The notes under the pieces are model-generated. The model saw nothing but the letters and a program-made list of their open reading frames with translations, did not search any database and had not been told where the DNA came from. A stretch of DNA of 64,000 nucleotides from assembly GCA_963799485.1 (NCBI GenBank), contig CAWCXJ010000007.1, forward strand, positions 256,001-320,000. The letters are read 5' to 3'. Both the position numbers and the translations under genes were made by a program. Position 1 is the stretch's first letter. Each line of letters begins with the position of its first letter. The stretch is from an uncultured Trueperaceae bacterium (GTDB taxonomy: Bacteria; Deinococcota; Deinococci; Deinococcales; Trueperaceae). Positions 49,080 to 59,364 of the stretch are shown one piece after another.

Positions 49080-50882
49080 ATGACCTACCGCAATATCGCT
49101 ATCGTCGCGCACGTCGACCACGGCAAAACTACCCTCGTAGACGGCCTTTTACGGCAGTCGCACATCTTCCGCGACAACCAGGAGGTGCGTGACCGGGTGA
49201 TGGACTCGAACGACTTGGAGCGTGAACGCGGCATCACCATCTTGGCCAAAAACACCGCCGTCGAGTGGCACGGCACGAAGATCAACATCGTCGATACGCC
49301 CGGTCACGCCGACTTCGGCGGTGAGGTCGAACGCGCCCTCGGCATGGTCGACGGTGTGCTGCTGCTCGTCGACGCTGCTGAAGGTCCGATGCCGCAAACC
49401 CGTTTTGTGCTGAAAAAAGCCTTGGCGTTAGGCCTCAAACCGATTGTGGTCATCAACAAAATCGACCGTAAAGACGCCCGTCCCGACGAAGTGGTCAACC
49501 TGACGTTTGACCTGATGGTCGAACTCGGCGCGAACGACGAACAGCTCGACTTTCCGATCGTCTATGCAATCGCGCGTGAGGGGAAAGCGTGGCTCGAGCT
49601 CGAGACCCCCGGTGACGACCTCACGCCCCTCTTTGAAACCATCTTGAAGTACATTCCCGAAGCGGTCGCCGATACCGAAGCCCCGTTTCAGCTGCAGGTT
49701 TCTAACCTCGACTATTCGGATTACCTGGGCCGCATTGCAGTTGGGCGGGTGCTGCGCGGCACGCTTCACAAGGGCGACAGCATTTTGCGCCTGACCCGTA
49801 CCGGCGAGGTGCGGGCGCGCGTCACCAAGCTCTATACCCACCTGGGGCTGGCCCGCGTCGAAACCGAAGAGGTTTCAGCCGGGGACATCATCGCGTTGAC
49901 CGGCGTCGACGAGGTACAAATCGGCGATACGCTGACCGACCCGAACGCCCCCGACGCGCTGCCGGTGATGAGCGTCGATGAACCGACGGTTTCGGTGACG
50001 TTTAGCCCGAACACCAGCCCCTTTGCCGGACGCGAAGGCAAATACGTCACCTCCCGGCACGTCAAAGACCGCCTAGACCGCGAACTCTTGACGAACGTGG
50101 CTTTGCGCGTCGAAGAACTCGGCAGCGAAAGTCACCGCGTCTCGGGCCGCGGCGAGCTTCACCTGTCGGTCTTGATCGAGCAGATGCGCCGCGAAGGGTA
50201 CGAGTTTTCGGTGTCGCGCCCTGAAGTCATCTTAAAAGAGGTCGAGGGCAAGGTCTACGAACCGTTCGAGCACGTCATTGCCGACGTTCCCGAAGCCGCG
50301 ATGGGCGGCGTGATGGAGTCGCTTGCAGGTCGCCGCGGAACTTTAATCAACATGACGCAGGATTTGGGGCGGGCGCGGCTCGAGTTCTCCATTCCCAGCC
50401 GCGCGCTGTTCGGCTACCGCACCAACTTTTTGTCGATGACGCAGGGCGAAGGGCTCTTAAACCACACCTTCGACGGTTACGAACCGCTCGTCGGCGGCCT
50501 CAAAACGCGGCAGGGCGGCTCTTTGGTGGCCATGGAACCCGGCGAAGTGTTCGCCTACAGCATCTTTAAGCTCCAAGACCGCGGCGTGTTCTTTATCGAC
50601 CCCGGTACCGAAGTTTATGTCGGGATGATCGTCGGCGCGAACTCGCGCACGGGCGACATGAACGTCAACGTCACCAAAAACAAAAAGATGACGAACGTGC
50701 GGGCGTCGTCCTCGGACGACAACATCACCCTGACGCCGCCCAAAAAGCTGACTTTGGAGGAGGCTTTGGAGTACATCACCGACGACGAACTCCTGGAGAT
50801 TACGCCCAAAAACGTCCGCTTACGCAAACGCACGCTCGACCCGAACATGCGGAAAAAAGAAGAGAAGGTCGCGGCGGGCTGA
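49080..50882 (+). CDS. typA: translational GTPase TypA/BipA
   Basis: [50 protein letters not shown]. Confidence 0.98.
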   Translation: MTYRNIAIVAHVDHGKTTLVDGLLRQSHIFRDNQEVRDRVMDSNDLERERGITILAKNTAVEWHGTKINIVDTPGHADFGGEVERALGMVDGVLLLVDAAEGPMPQTRFVLKKALALGLKPIVVINKIDRKDARPDEVVNLTFDLMVELGANDEQLDFPIVYAIAREGKAWLELETPGDDLTPLFETILKYIPEAVADTEAPFQLQVSNLDYSDYLGRIAVGRVLRGTLHKGDSILRLTRTGEVRARVTKLYTHLGLARVETEEVSAGDIIALTGVDEVQIGDTLTDPNAPDALPVMSVDEPTVSVTFSPNTSPFAGREGKYVTSRHVKDRLDRELLTNVALRVEELGSESHRVSGRGELHLSVLIEQMRREGYEFSVSRPEVILKEVEGKVYEPFEHVIADVPEAAMGGVMESLAGRRGTLINMTQDLGRARLEFSIPSRALFGYRTNFLSMTQGEGLLNHTFDGYEPLVGGLKTRQGGSLVAMEPGEVFAYSIFKLQDRGVFFIDPGTEVYVGMIVGANSRTGDMNVNVTKNKKMTNVRASSSDDNITLTPPKKLTLEEALEYITDDELLEITPKNVRLRKRTLDPNMRKKEEKVAAG

Positions 50883-50900
50883 GCCGGCCCTTTCAAGTTT

Positions 50901-50928
50901 AGGCGGACGGTGCAGAGCCGTCCGCTTT
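50901..50928 (+). terminator. hairpin terminator after typA
   Basis: AGGCGGACGG-N7-CCGTCCGCTTT between convergent genes. Confidence 0.7.
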
Positions 50929-50940
50929 GCTTTAGCTCGG

Positions 50941-51633
50941 CTAAGCCTCGAGCGTAGACAGCACGATCTCGTCAAAAGGTGCGGTTTGCTCGGCTTTCGC
51001 TTCTCCTTCCTTAACCATTTCCAGCATCGCCGTAAACGCCACGGTCAAGGTAGGCCAGTCTCGCGCTTCCATCAACGTTTGAAGCGTCCCCCGGCCCCGG
51101 CGCAATCCGGCACGTAGTTTTTTAAGCGCCGAAGCGAGGGTCAGGCGTTCGACGGCGAGTTCGAAATAGTGCGTGGCGCGGTGGCGGGTTGCGAGTTCGC
51201 TCAGGCGGCCCAGTTTGGGCCCGAGTGGGCGGGTGCGGCGCGGGTAGCTCGGGCGGGGGGCTTGCGCGCTCAGGAGGTGTCGCCGCGTTTCCCGGCGCTC
51301 GCGCAAAAAGCCGATAGCGCCTTCAAACGCCTCGAGTGCCAACACGGTTTCCAACACCGCTTCGCGTTCGGCTTCGGGTGTTTTGGGCGGTTGCGGCAGC
51401 AACAGCCGCACTTTGAGTTCGATAATCCGGGCAAGGAGCGGCAACGTCTCGGTGGCGCGCCCCAAGTCGTGTTCGGCAAGCCCCTGATAAAAGTCCAGAT
51501 AACGCCCTACCAGCCCCGACACGCCCACGTCGCCCGGAGCGACCTGCTCGGTTCGGAGGGCGTGGGCGAGTTCGCCTAAGGTGCCGGAAAAGGCGGGAGT
51601 CTCGACGCGAAAGGGGGCAGGTTCAAAGGTCAA
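50941..51633 (-). CDS. scpA: segregation and condensation protein A (kleisin)
   Basis: F.G.L..L...LR, IELK.RLLLP, F.A.LE..K.G.....Q..PF..I; TTG start overlaps the upstream stop. Confidence 0.8.
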   Translation of the reverse strand: MTFEPAPFRVETPAFSGTLGELAHALRTEQVAPGDVGVSGLVGRYLDFYQGLAEHDLGRATETLPLLARIIELKVRLLLPQPPKTPEAEREAVLETVLALEAFEGAIGFLRERRETRRHLLSAQAPRPSYPRRTRPLGPKLGRLSELATRHRATHYFELAVERLTLASALKKLRAGLRRGRGTLQTLMEARDWPTLTVAFTAMLEMVKEGEAKAEQTAPFDEIVLSTLEA

Positions 51634-52274
51634 GGGATACCTTTTTGTTTGGGCGGCGGCGAAAGCTGCCTGGTTGCAACAGCCTTCAGATGCCGGGTAT
51701 CGTTGAGGCGCTCGAGTATCAGCTGCGATCCGTCCCAAACAAAGCGCGTCACGCTCGTATGCTCGAGATAAATGCGTTTGCGCCAGCTTTTCGTTTCCAT
51801 CTGCAAAACGTGTGCGACGAGCATCTGGATAGTGCCGGAATGCGTGACGGCGACGATGTGCGGCGCGTCGGGCAGGCTTTCCAACATACTTTCTAGCCAC
51901 GCAGCGGCGCGGCGCTGCAACTCGCCGTAAGACTCGCCCCCCGGCGCAGGGGTAGAAAAAGGCTCACGCGTCCAGTCGTGCCACGCCGGGAGTTCGCGCC
52001 GCTCGGCGAGGGTCAGCCCTTCAAAGATGCCGAAGTTGAGTTCGCTGAGACGCGGGTCGACGATGGGGGCTTGTTCCGGGAAGGCGAGCGCCGCCGTAGT
52101 ACGGGCGCGGCCCAGCGGGCTCGCGTAGAGCCGCACGTCCTCGCCGGAAAACCGCCCGCAGAGCGCCCTGGCCTGCGCTTCACCGAGCGCGGAGAGCGGT
52201 ACATCGCTCTGACCCTGTACCCGGCCCGCGGTGTTCCACGAGGTGACGGCGTGACGAATGAGGGTGAGCATCAC
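51630..52274 (-). CDS. histidine phosphatase family protein
   Basis: LIRHA.T.WN, SPL.RA..TA, E..FG..EG, PGGES, VTH.G. Confidence 0.92.
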   Translation of the reverse strand: MMLTLIRHAVTSWNTAGRVQGQSDVPLSALGEAQARALCGRFSGEDVRLYASPLGRARTTAALAFPEQAPIVDPRLSELNFGIFEGLTLAERRELPAWHDWTREPFSTPAPGGESYGELQRRAAAWLESMLESLPDAPHIVAVTHSGTIQMLVAHVLQMETKSWRKRIYLEHTSVTRFVWDGSQLILERLNDTRHLKAVATRQLSPPPKQKGIP

Positions 52275-52470
52275 AAGAGGGTGAGTTTAGCATTCTCTGT
52301 CCGGACATTTGTCGGAAAGCTCGGATTTAGGGTGCAGCCGGGGTCTGCTTGGATGCTCCGCGCAGGCGCGAGCTGCCTTTCAAATGTCATTCAGCTAACC
52401 TCGCCGAAAACCCTATTTGCCGGTTTTGGGCTTCAGTATGATGAGCACTGGAGATGGTTGGCCTACCCCT

Positions 52471-53331
52471 ATGAAAGCGCCCGCGCACACTATAAGAACG
52501 TCGGTGAACGCCCCCAAAGTAGCCTTTTGGGAGTGGCCGAACGTCCTCTCGCTCGACGCGCCCCTGATCGCCGCACTCTGGCAGAGCCTTTTCACCCGAG
52601 TTTTCGGCGTGGCGCTGGGGTGGCCTGCCGCGCTGCTGCTCGGCGCGGCGGTGTGGCTGATCTACAGCGCCGACCGCTGGCTCGACGGACAAACGCTCGG
52701 CGTAAACGCCCGTACCCGGCGGCACCGTTTTTATGTGCGTCACCACCGCGGCATCTTTTGGGTCTGGTGGGTCGTTTTTGCGGGCACGTTCGGTGTGAGC
52801 CTTTTTCTCCTGACGTGGACGGAATTTCTAGGGGGCGCGGTGCTGGGTACGCTGCTGCTCGGCTACTTGTCGCGGCGGCACCGGGGCGACCGGAAAACAC
52901 ACCCGAAAGAGCTGCAAATCGCGGTCATCTTCGCGCTCGGCGTCGTGTTTTTACCCTTTTTGAGCATTGCCCCAGGCGTCTCGAGCGTCTTGCTGTTGGT
53001 TTGCGGCGGATTTTTCGGCGTGCTTATCTTTTTCAACTGTGCGTTTATCGCACGTTGGGAGGGCGAGCTCGACCGTGAAACGGTACCGTTTGCGGTGCGC
53101 GCGCCGAGAATTGCGGCGCGGCTCAATTCTCTAACGCTGGAGTTTGCGCTCTTTTGCGGCGGCGGCGGCGTGTTTTTTGAACCTTTACGCCCTCTTTTTG
53201 CGGCGCTGGCCCTCAGCGCTTTGTTGCTTTACGCCCTCGAGCACGTTACCCCCCGGCTCAGCCCGGCGGCGCGGCGGGTTCTCGCGGACGCGGCCCTCTT
53301 TACGCCGCTCTTGTGGCTGCTTTACCGCTAA
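52471..53331 (+). CDS. polytopic membrane protein, UbiA-like signature
   Basis: LSLDAP..A..W, W.IY.ADRWLD, RH.F, PKE; about eight TM segments. Confidence 0.6.
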   Translation: MKAPAHTIRTSVNAPKVAFWEWPNVLSLDAPLIAALWQSLFTRVFGVALGWPAALLLGAAVWLIYSADRWLDGQTLGVNARTRRHRFYVRHHRGIFWVWWVVFAGTFGVSLFLLTWTEFLGGAVLGTLLLGYLSRRHRGDRKTHPKELQIAVIFALGVVFLPFLSIAPGVSSVLLLVCGGFFGVLIFFNCAFIARWEGELDRETVPFAVRAPRIAARLNSLTLEFALFCGGGGVFFEPLRPLFAALALSALLLYALEHVTPRLSPAARRVLADAALFTPLLWLLYR

Positions 53332-53336
53332 CTGGT

Positions 53337-54029
53337 ATGGGCGACCCGCTTAAAGATGGTTTCGGGCGGCTGGCGGGCGTTTACGAAGGGCTCGAGTATC
53401 TCGCTTACGGCAATTTATTGGCGCGGGCCCGGGCAGCGGCTCTAGCCGAGTTAAGGTGCGCCGAACGCGTTCTCGTTTTGGGTGAGGGCGACGGGCGTTT
53501 TTTGGTTCGGCTTTTGGAGACCAACCCACGCGGCTTAGTAACCGTTTTAGACAGCAGTGCCGGGATGCTCGCGCGGGCTGAAGCGCGTGTTTCGGCGACG
53601 TTACCGGCGGCGCGTTCACGGGTTACATTTTGGCGTGGGGACGCCCTTACCGCAACCTTGACGCCGGAGTCCTACGACGCGCTCGTCACCTGCTTTTTCC
53701 TCGATGTTTTTCCGGCAGAGATGCTGAAGCAACTCATCCCCAAGCTCGAGCGAACCCTCAAACCGGGCGGTTCGTGGTTTCTTGCCGACTTTGCCGCGCC
53801 GCATACACTTAAGCGCCCGTTACCGCGCCTTTACAGTCGGCTCATGGTGCCGCTGATGTACACCTTTTTTCGCTGGCAGACCGCACTTCCGGCCCGGACC
53901 CTGGAACCGCCGCAGCCTTTTTTGAGTGGGGCAGGGCTCGAGCTTACGCGCTCCCAAAGTTTTCGTAGCGGGTTCGTCTACGCCCAAACCTGGCGTAAAT
54001 GTGGGCCTCGAGCCTCTCCAGGCCCGTAA
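53337..54029 (+). CDS. class I SAM-dependent methyltransferase
   Basis: VLVLGEGDGRFL, LDSS..ML, T.FFLD.F, LKPGG...ADF. Confidence 0.85.
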   Translation: MGDPLKDGFGRLAGVYEGLEYLAYGNLLARARAAALAELRCAERVLVLGEGDGRFLVRLLETNPRGLVTVLDSSAGMLARAEARVSATLPAARSRVTFWRGDALTATLTPESYDALVTCFFLDVFPAEMLKQLIPKLERTLKPGGSWFLADFAAPHTLKRPLPRLYSRLMVPLMYTFFRWQTALPARTLEPPQPFLSGAGLELTRSQSFRSGFVYAQTWRKCGPRASPGP

Positions 54030-54237
54030 ACCGGACAGCTAGCTGCTACACTGTTCTGGCGTTCTGCGCGCTCGGCTCCCGGCTATACAGGCCGACAAAG
54101 CGCCAAGCTGACAGTTCGGGCCAAATCTCCCCCGCTATACTAGACCTACGCGGCTTTAAGCCGCACCAAGACACCCACGCGGCCCAAAGCCGCATTAAGA
54201 CGCTGAACAGTTCAGTTACGGTTTTGAAGGAGTTTTT

Positions 54238-56013
54238 GTGAAGTATCCCTATCTCGGCGCGACCTTTGAAGACGGCGGCGTGCGCTTTCGCGTCGTGTCA
54301 CCGACTGCTGAGCGGCTCGAGGTCGCCCTTGAAGACGGCTCCGTTTATTCGATGACGAAAACAGGCGACGCCACCTTTGAAACGCTCGTCCCGGACGTTA
54401 AAGCCGGTACGCGTTACCACCTCCTCAAAGACGGCGCAGAGCTGCCCGACCCGGCCTCGAGGTTTCAACCAGAGGGCGTTCACGGCCCTTCTGAAGTCAT
54501 CGACCCGCACGCGTACAGTTGGCAAGACACAAACTGGCAGGGCGTCCCGCACGAGCAGCTGGTCTTTTACGAGCTTCACGTCGGCACTTTTACGCCTGAA
54601 GGCAGCTACCGCGCCGCCCAAGAAAAGCTGAACTACCTCAAAGAACTCGGCGTTACCGCCGTCGAACTCCTGCCGCTCACGGCCTTCCCCGGTGAACGCA
54701 ACTGGGGTTACGACCCCGCCGCGCAGTACGCGCCCGCGCACCCTTACGGGCATCCCGACGAACTGCGCGCTTTTGTAGACGCTGCACACAAAATCGGTTT
54801 AGCCGTCTATCTGGACGTGGTGTACAACCACTTCGGGCCGGACGGCGCGTATGTGGTGGGCCTCAACCCGCAGATGTTTACCGAACACCACCATACGCCG
54901 TGGGGCCAGGCGATCAACCTGGACGATACGGGTTCCGAACACGTGCGGCAGTTTTTTTTGGAGAACGCCGTCCACTGGCTCCGCGAGTATCACTTCGACG
55001 GTTTCCGGCTCGACGCGGTGTTTGCGCTCGTAGACGATTCACCGAAGCATTTTCTCAAAGAACTCGCTGAAGTCGTCTCTGAAGTTCCGGGTTGGACACG
55101 TTACTTAATCGCCGAAGACCCACGCAACTTCCGTGACTTGGCCCTGCCGCGTGACAAAGGTGGGTATGGGTTGGACGGCATCTGGGCGGACGATTTTCAC
55201 CATCAGATGCGGGTCAATCTGGCAGGCGACCACCACGCGTATTATCAGGACTTTACGGGGTCTCCGGCGGATATTGCCAAGACGTTGGGGCAAGGCTGGT
55301 TTTTTACCGGACAGCAGTCCAAAAATCAGGGGGAACCCAGAGGCACGCCGACAGACGGTTTAATTCCGGAAAACTTCGTCATCTGTATCCAGAACCACGA
55401 CCAGGTGGGCAATAGACCGCGCGGCAACCGTTTAAGCGACGAGATTCCGCTGTCGGCTTACCGCGCCGCGAGCGCGTTGCTGCTTTTTGCGCCGCAACTC
55501 CCGCTGCTCTTTCAAGGGCAAGAGTGGGCGACCGAAACGCCGTTTATCTACTTTACCGACCACAACCCCGAACTCGGCAAGTTGGTCAGCGAAGGGCGTA
55601 AGGAAGAGTTCAAGGACTTTCCCGATTTTCAGGGCGACGTCCCCGACCCGCAAGACCCGGCGAGTTTTGAAAAGAGCAAACTGTCGTGGGCTGAACCTGA
55701 AGAACCCGAACACGCCGGAGTGTTGCAGCTCTACAAGGACTTACTCGCGTTACGGCCCCAACTTTCCGGCGCGGTGGAAACCTTGGAAACGACGGACAAG
55801 GGATTGGTTTTACGGCGCGGTAGTCATATCCTTTACGTCGCGCTACGGGAAAACACCACCTTGCCGCTCACCGATAACTTTGAAACGCTGCTCGTCACCG
55901 AAGCGCCCGCTTACGCCGTAAACGGCAGCGAACCCGAATTTTCGGGCGATGAGGTTACGTTTTCGACCCCCGGCGCGTTTATTGCCGAGGTCGAGCCTGA
56001 GGAGACCCGATGA
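54238..56013 (+). CDS. treZ: malto-oligosyltrehalose trehalohydrolase (GH13)
   Basis: PDPASRFQP.GVHGPS, YELHVGTFT, RNWGYD, DVVYNHFGP, QNHDQVGNR. Confidence 0.95.
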   Translation: MKYPYLGATFEDGGVRFRVVSPTAERLEVALEDGSVYSMTKTGDATFETLVPDVKAGTRYHLLKDGAELPDPASRFQPEGVHGPSEVIDPHAYSWQDTNWQGVPHEQLVFYELHVGTFTPEGSYRAAQEKLNYLKELGVTAVELLPLTAFPGERNWGYDPAAQYAPAHPYGHPDELRAFVDAAHKIGLAVYLDVVYNHFGPDGAYVVGLNPQMFTEHHHTPWGQAINLDDTGSEHVRQFFLENAVHWLREYHFDGFRLDAVFALVDDSPKHFLKELAEVVSEVPGWTRYLIAEDPRNFRDLALPRDKGGYGLDGIWADDFHHQMRVNLAGDHHAYYQDFTGSPADIAKTLGQGWFFTGQQSKNQGEPRGTPTDGLIPENFVICIQNHDQVGNRPRGNRLSDEIPLSAYRAASALLLFAPQLPLLFQGQEWATETPFIYFTDHNPELGKLVSEGRKEEFKDFPDFQGDVPDPQDPASFEKSKLSWAEPEEPEHAGVLQLYKDLLALRPQLSGAVETLETTDKGLVLRRGSHILYVALRENTTLPLTDNFETLLVTEAPAYAVNGSEPEFSGDEVTFSTPGAFIAEVEPEETR

Positions 56014-58667
56014 ACGCCTCGTACCGTTTGCAACTCACCCCGGACTTTACCTTTGCCGACGTGCAAAACCTGCTCCCTTACTTCGACAAGCTCGGTGTCT
56101 CGCACCTGTATCTGTCGCCGATTACCGAAGCGCGCCTCGGCAGCACCCACGGTTACGACGTCATCGATCACAACCGCGTCAGGGGAGCGTTCGGTGGGCG
56201 TGAGGGTCTAGACGCGCTGATGGCAGCAGCTAAAGAACACGGCCTCAAGTTCATTTTGGACTTTGTGCCCAACCACGCCGGGGTCGCGCCGCGCAACACG
56301 CTCTGGCACGACGTTTTGGCCTACGGGCCGCATTCGCCCAATGCCGGGTTTTTTGATATCGACTGGCACCCGCTCAAGGCGGAACTGACGGACAAAGTCC
56401 TGCTTCCCTTTCTCGGTAGTCCCTACGGGGACATCGTAGACGGCGGCGAGTTGGGGCTCTTGTACTTGGAGGGCCGCTTTTACGTCACCTATTACGACGC
56501 CCGGTTTGCGCTCAACCCGGCGAGTTATCCGGTGATTTTGGAGCGTTTACTGCCGCAATTTGAACGGAGCGACGTTTATTTCGACCTCAAAGACCTGTTA
56601 GACGCGTACACCGAACTGAGACCCGAAGAGGTCGAAAAAGCCGAGGCGCTCCGGGTGCGGCTCACAGCGCTCGCCGAACAGCTCAAGCTGGACGCGTTAC
56701 CCGAGCTCGAGCCCCCCGTTATGCACGCGCTCCTGGAGCGGCAGTTCTGGCGGCTGGCGCACTGGCAAACGGCGGGCTACAACATCAACTACCGCCGGTT
56801 TTTCGACATCAACGAACTCGTGGCGCTGCATATGGAAACCTCCGAAGTCTTTTGGACGGCGCACAAGCTCTTGGGTGAGCTGGCCTTGGATGAGGGGCTC
56901 GAGGGCGTCCGTATCGACCACATCGACGGGTTGTTCGACCCGCAGGGGTATCTGGAGAACCTCAAGGCGCTCGGCATCAAAAAAGCCTGGGTTGAGAAAA
57001 TCTTGGCCTCAGGTGAAGTTTTGCCGGAAACGTGGATTACGGCGGGTACCTCCGGCTACGAATTTATGAACGACGTGCTGGGTGTGCTGGTGCAACCCAC
57101 GGGCGAAGAACCGCTGCTGCGCACTTACCGCCGGTTTTTAGGCGGCGTCAAACCGTATGAAGACGAGGTTCACGACGCCAAGCTGCTGGTGATGGAGACG
57201 AGTTTGTCGGGCGAGTTGGTGCGGCTCGCTGCTGAGCTCGGACGGCTCGCTGAAGCCGACTACCACACCCGCGATTTTACGCTGCAGTCGTTGCAAGAGG
57301 CACTGGCTGAGATTATCGCCGCCTTTCCGCGTTACCGCACCTATCTGCCGCACGGTGAAGCCGAAGCCAAAGCGATTATCCGTGAGGCCGTCGGCGCGGC
57401 GAAACGGCGTAATCCGGCGACCGAACAGTCGGTCTACAGCTTTATCGAATCGTGTTTGGTAGAAGAGCGGGAGGGTGAGCTCGAGGCCGCCCGCCAAGCC
57501 TTTGTCGGACGTTTTCAGCAGTACACCGCGCCTGTAACCGCCAAAGGCATTGAAGACACCACCTTTTACCGTTACCTGCCGTTTGCCGCCCGCAACGAGG
57601 TCGGCGGTGAGCCGGAAGATTTTGTCACCGAACTGCACGCGTTTCACGCCCGCGCCCGCTTCCGCGCCTACCGCTATCCCGACAATCTCCTGGCGACCGC
57701 GACGCACGACCACAAACGCGGCGAAGACACCCGGATGCGCCTGGCGGCGCTCGCCGAACTGCCTGAGCTGTGGGAAGAAACCGTGATGAAGCTGCACGAA
57801 CGGGCGCTGGAGCTGCAGCGTCTCGCCCCGACCGGAGCCCCGTTTTCGGCGAGTCTGCACGGCAGCGACCTCTACTTGATGTATCAGCTGCTCGGCGCAC
57901 TGCTTAAGGGCGAGACCCCCGAAGGGCTCAAAGACCGCCTGCTACCGTACATGGAAAAAGCCATGCGCGAGGCGAAGCTCCATACCTCGTGGCTCAACCC
58001 CGACAGCGAGTACGAAGGCGCGGTCAAGGGGTTGCTGGCGCAAATTCTGGGAGACGAGACCGCGCTGGAGATTCTGGAACCGCTCGCTGCTGAGATGGCG
58101 CGGCTCGGGTTTCACAACACGCTGGCGCAAACTGTCATCAAACTCACCACACCCGGTGTTCCCGACTTCTATCAGGGTACCGAACTGCTGGATTTGTCTC
58201 TGGTCGACCCCGACAACCGCCGCGCCGTCGATTATGAGGCCCGGGGTGAGCTGGTCGATAAGCTCGAGCCCCTGCTCAAGAACCCCGACGCCGACGCTTT
58301 TAGAGGCTGGCTCGAAACCCAAGACCCGCAGGCCAAAATGTACCTGACGACGCGCCTCTTGCACCTCCGGCGCGCGCATCCCGAACTCTTCGCCGGCGAG
58401 TACCGCGACCTCGGCGCGAGCGGCGAGAGATGCGAACACCTCGTCGCTTACGCGCGGGAAGGGGGAGGTGAAGCGCTTTTGACGTTCGTGACGCGGTTTC
58501 CCAAAGCCGCCGAAACTGCCGACCTCAGCGCTGTTACGGTAGCGCTGCCTGAAGCGTTGCAAAAGCGGACGTGGCTCGAGCTGCTTTCAGGAAAGCAGTT
58601 TACCCAAGATACGTTCAGCCCGGCCGATTTTCCGCTGCCCTTTGCGGTTTTACTCTCCGCGTCGTAG
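56010..58667 (+). CDS. treY: malto-oligosyltrehalose synthase (GH13)
   Basis: YRLQ, GSTHGYDV, NYRRFFDIN, RIDHIDGL, THD.KRGED.R.R, PGVPDFYQG, SLVDPDNRR. Confidence 0.96.
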   Translation: MNASYRLQLTPDFTFADVQNLLPYFDKLGVSHLYLSPITEARLGSTHGYDVIDHNRVRGAFGGREGLDALMAAAKEHGLKFILDFVPNHAGVAPRNTLWHDVLAYGPHSPNAGFFDIDWHPLKAELTDKVLLPFLGSPYGDIVDGGELGLLYLEGRFYVTYYDARFALNPASYPVILERLLPQFERSDVYFDLKDLLDAYTELRPEEVEKAEALRVRLTALAEQLKLDALPELEPPVMHALLERQFWRLAHWQTAGYNINYRRFFDINELVALHMETSEVFWTAHKLLGELALDEGLEGVRIDHIDGLFDPQGYLENLKALGIKKAWVEKILASGEVLPETWITAGTSGYEFMNDVLGVLVQPTGEEPLLRTYRRFLGGVKPYEDEVHDAKLLVMETSLSGELVRLAAELGRLAEADYHTRDFTLQSLQEALAEIIAAFPRYRTYLPHGEAEAKAIIREAVGAAKRRNPATEQSVYSFIESCLVEEREGELEAARQAFVGRFQQYTAPVTAKGIEDTTFYRYLPFAARNEVGGEPEDFVTELHAFHARARFRAYRYPDNLLATATHDHKRGEDTRMRLAALAELPELWEETVMKLHERALELQRLAPTGAPFSASLHGSDLYLMYQLLGALLKGETPEGLKDRLLPYMEKAMREAKLHTSWLNPDSEYEGAVKGLLAQILGDETALEILEPLAAEMARLGFHNTLAQTVIKLTTPGVPDFYQGTELLDLSLVDPDNRRAVDYEARGELVDKLEPLLKNPDADAFRGWLETQDPQAKMYLTTRLLHLRRAHPELFAGEYRDLGASGERCEHLVAYAREGGGEALLTFVTRFPKAAETADLSAVTVALPEALQKRTWLELLSGKQFTQDTFSPADFPLPFAVLLSAS

Positions 58668-58758
58668 CGTTGCCGAGCCCGACCTCCTGTTTGTGCCCAC
58701 TGTGGTATGCCTGTGGCGGTCTCTCGCAGAAATGCCGGCGGTAAAAGCAGCGTAAAAG

Positions 58759-59364
58759 CTAGAGCCGCCGCGACCGGGCGTAAAGCGCCGCCTGCGTCCG
58801 GTCTTTAAGCCCCAGCTTTGCCAGCACGCTGCTTACATGCGTCTTGACGGTTTTTTCACCCACCTCGAGGCGTTTAGCGATAGCTTTGTTTGCCAAGCCT
58901 TCGGCGAGCAACTCTAAAACGGTGCGCTCGCGCGGCGTCAGGCGTTTTAGCGGGTCATCTTGCAGCGTCGGTAATAGTGCCACTGCCGCCGGGTCGAGGA
59001 CGCGTTCGCCGCGTAGCGCCGCCCGGATACCGTCTAGCAGTGCGCCCTGCCCGGCGCGTTTGAGCAAATACCCGGCAGCACCCAGGCGCAGCGCCTCACG
59101 CAGATAGTCTTCGTCTAGAAAACTCGTGAGGAGCAGCACTTTGGGCGCGGTTTCGCGGAGCGTTTCCAGCAGTGACAGCCCGTTTTCACCCTCGAGCTGC
59201 ACATCGAGCAAGATTAAATCGGGCTGGGTTTGGTTAAGCAGTGCTACGGCCCGGGCCACACTTTCCGCCTCACCGACGACCTCGAGCCCCGGTTGCAGGG
59301 ACAGGTACGCCCGGAGTCCTTCACGCACAATCGGGTGGTCGTCAACGAGTAGCAGCCTAGCCAA
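58759..59364 (-). CDS. NarL/LuxR family response regulator
   Basis: LLVDDHPIVR.GL, LLD, LTPRE..VL.LLA.G..NK.IA, TVKTHVS. Confidence 0.95.
   Translation of the reverse strand: MARLLLVDDHPIVREGLRAYLSLQPGLEVVGEAESVARAVALLNQTQPDLILLDVQLEGENGLSLLETLRETAPKVLLLTSFLDEDYLREALRLGAAGYLLKRAGQGALLDGIRAALRGERVLDPAAVALLPTLQDDPLKRLTPRERTVLELLAEGLANKAIAKRLEVGEKTVKTHVSSVLAKLGLKDRTQAALYARSRRL

Noticed and set aside
51634..51900. N-terminal extension of scpA in the ORF track
   Set aside because: Overlaps the phosphatase gene; TTG at 51633, coupled to the upstream stop, is the better start.
51978..53078. 366-aa plus-strand ORF
   Set aside because: Overlaps the histidine phosphatase antisense and the membrane gene out of frame; no recognisable motifs.
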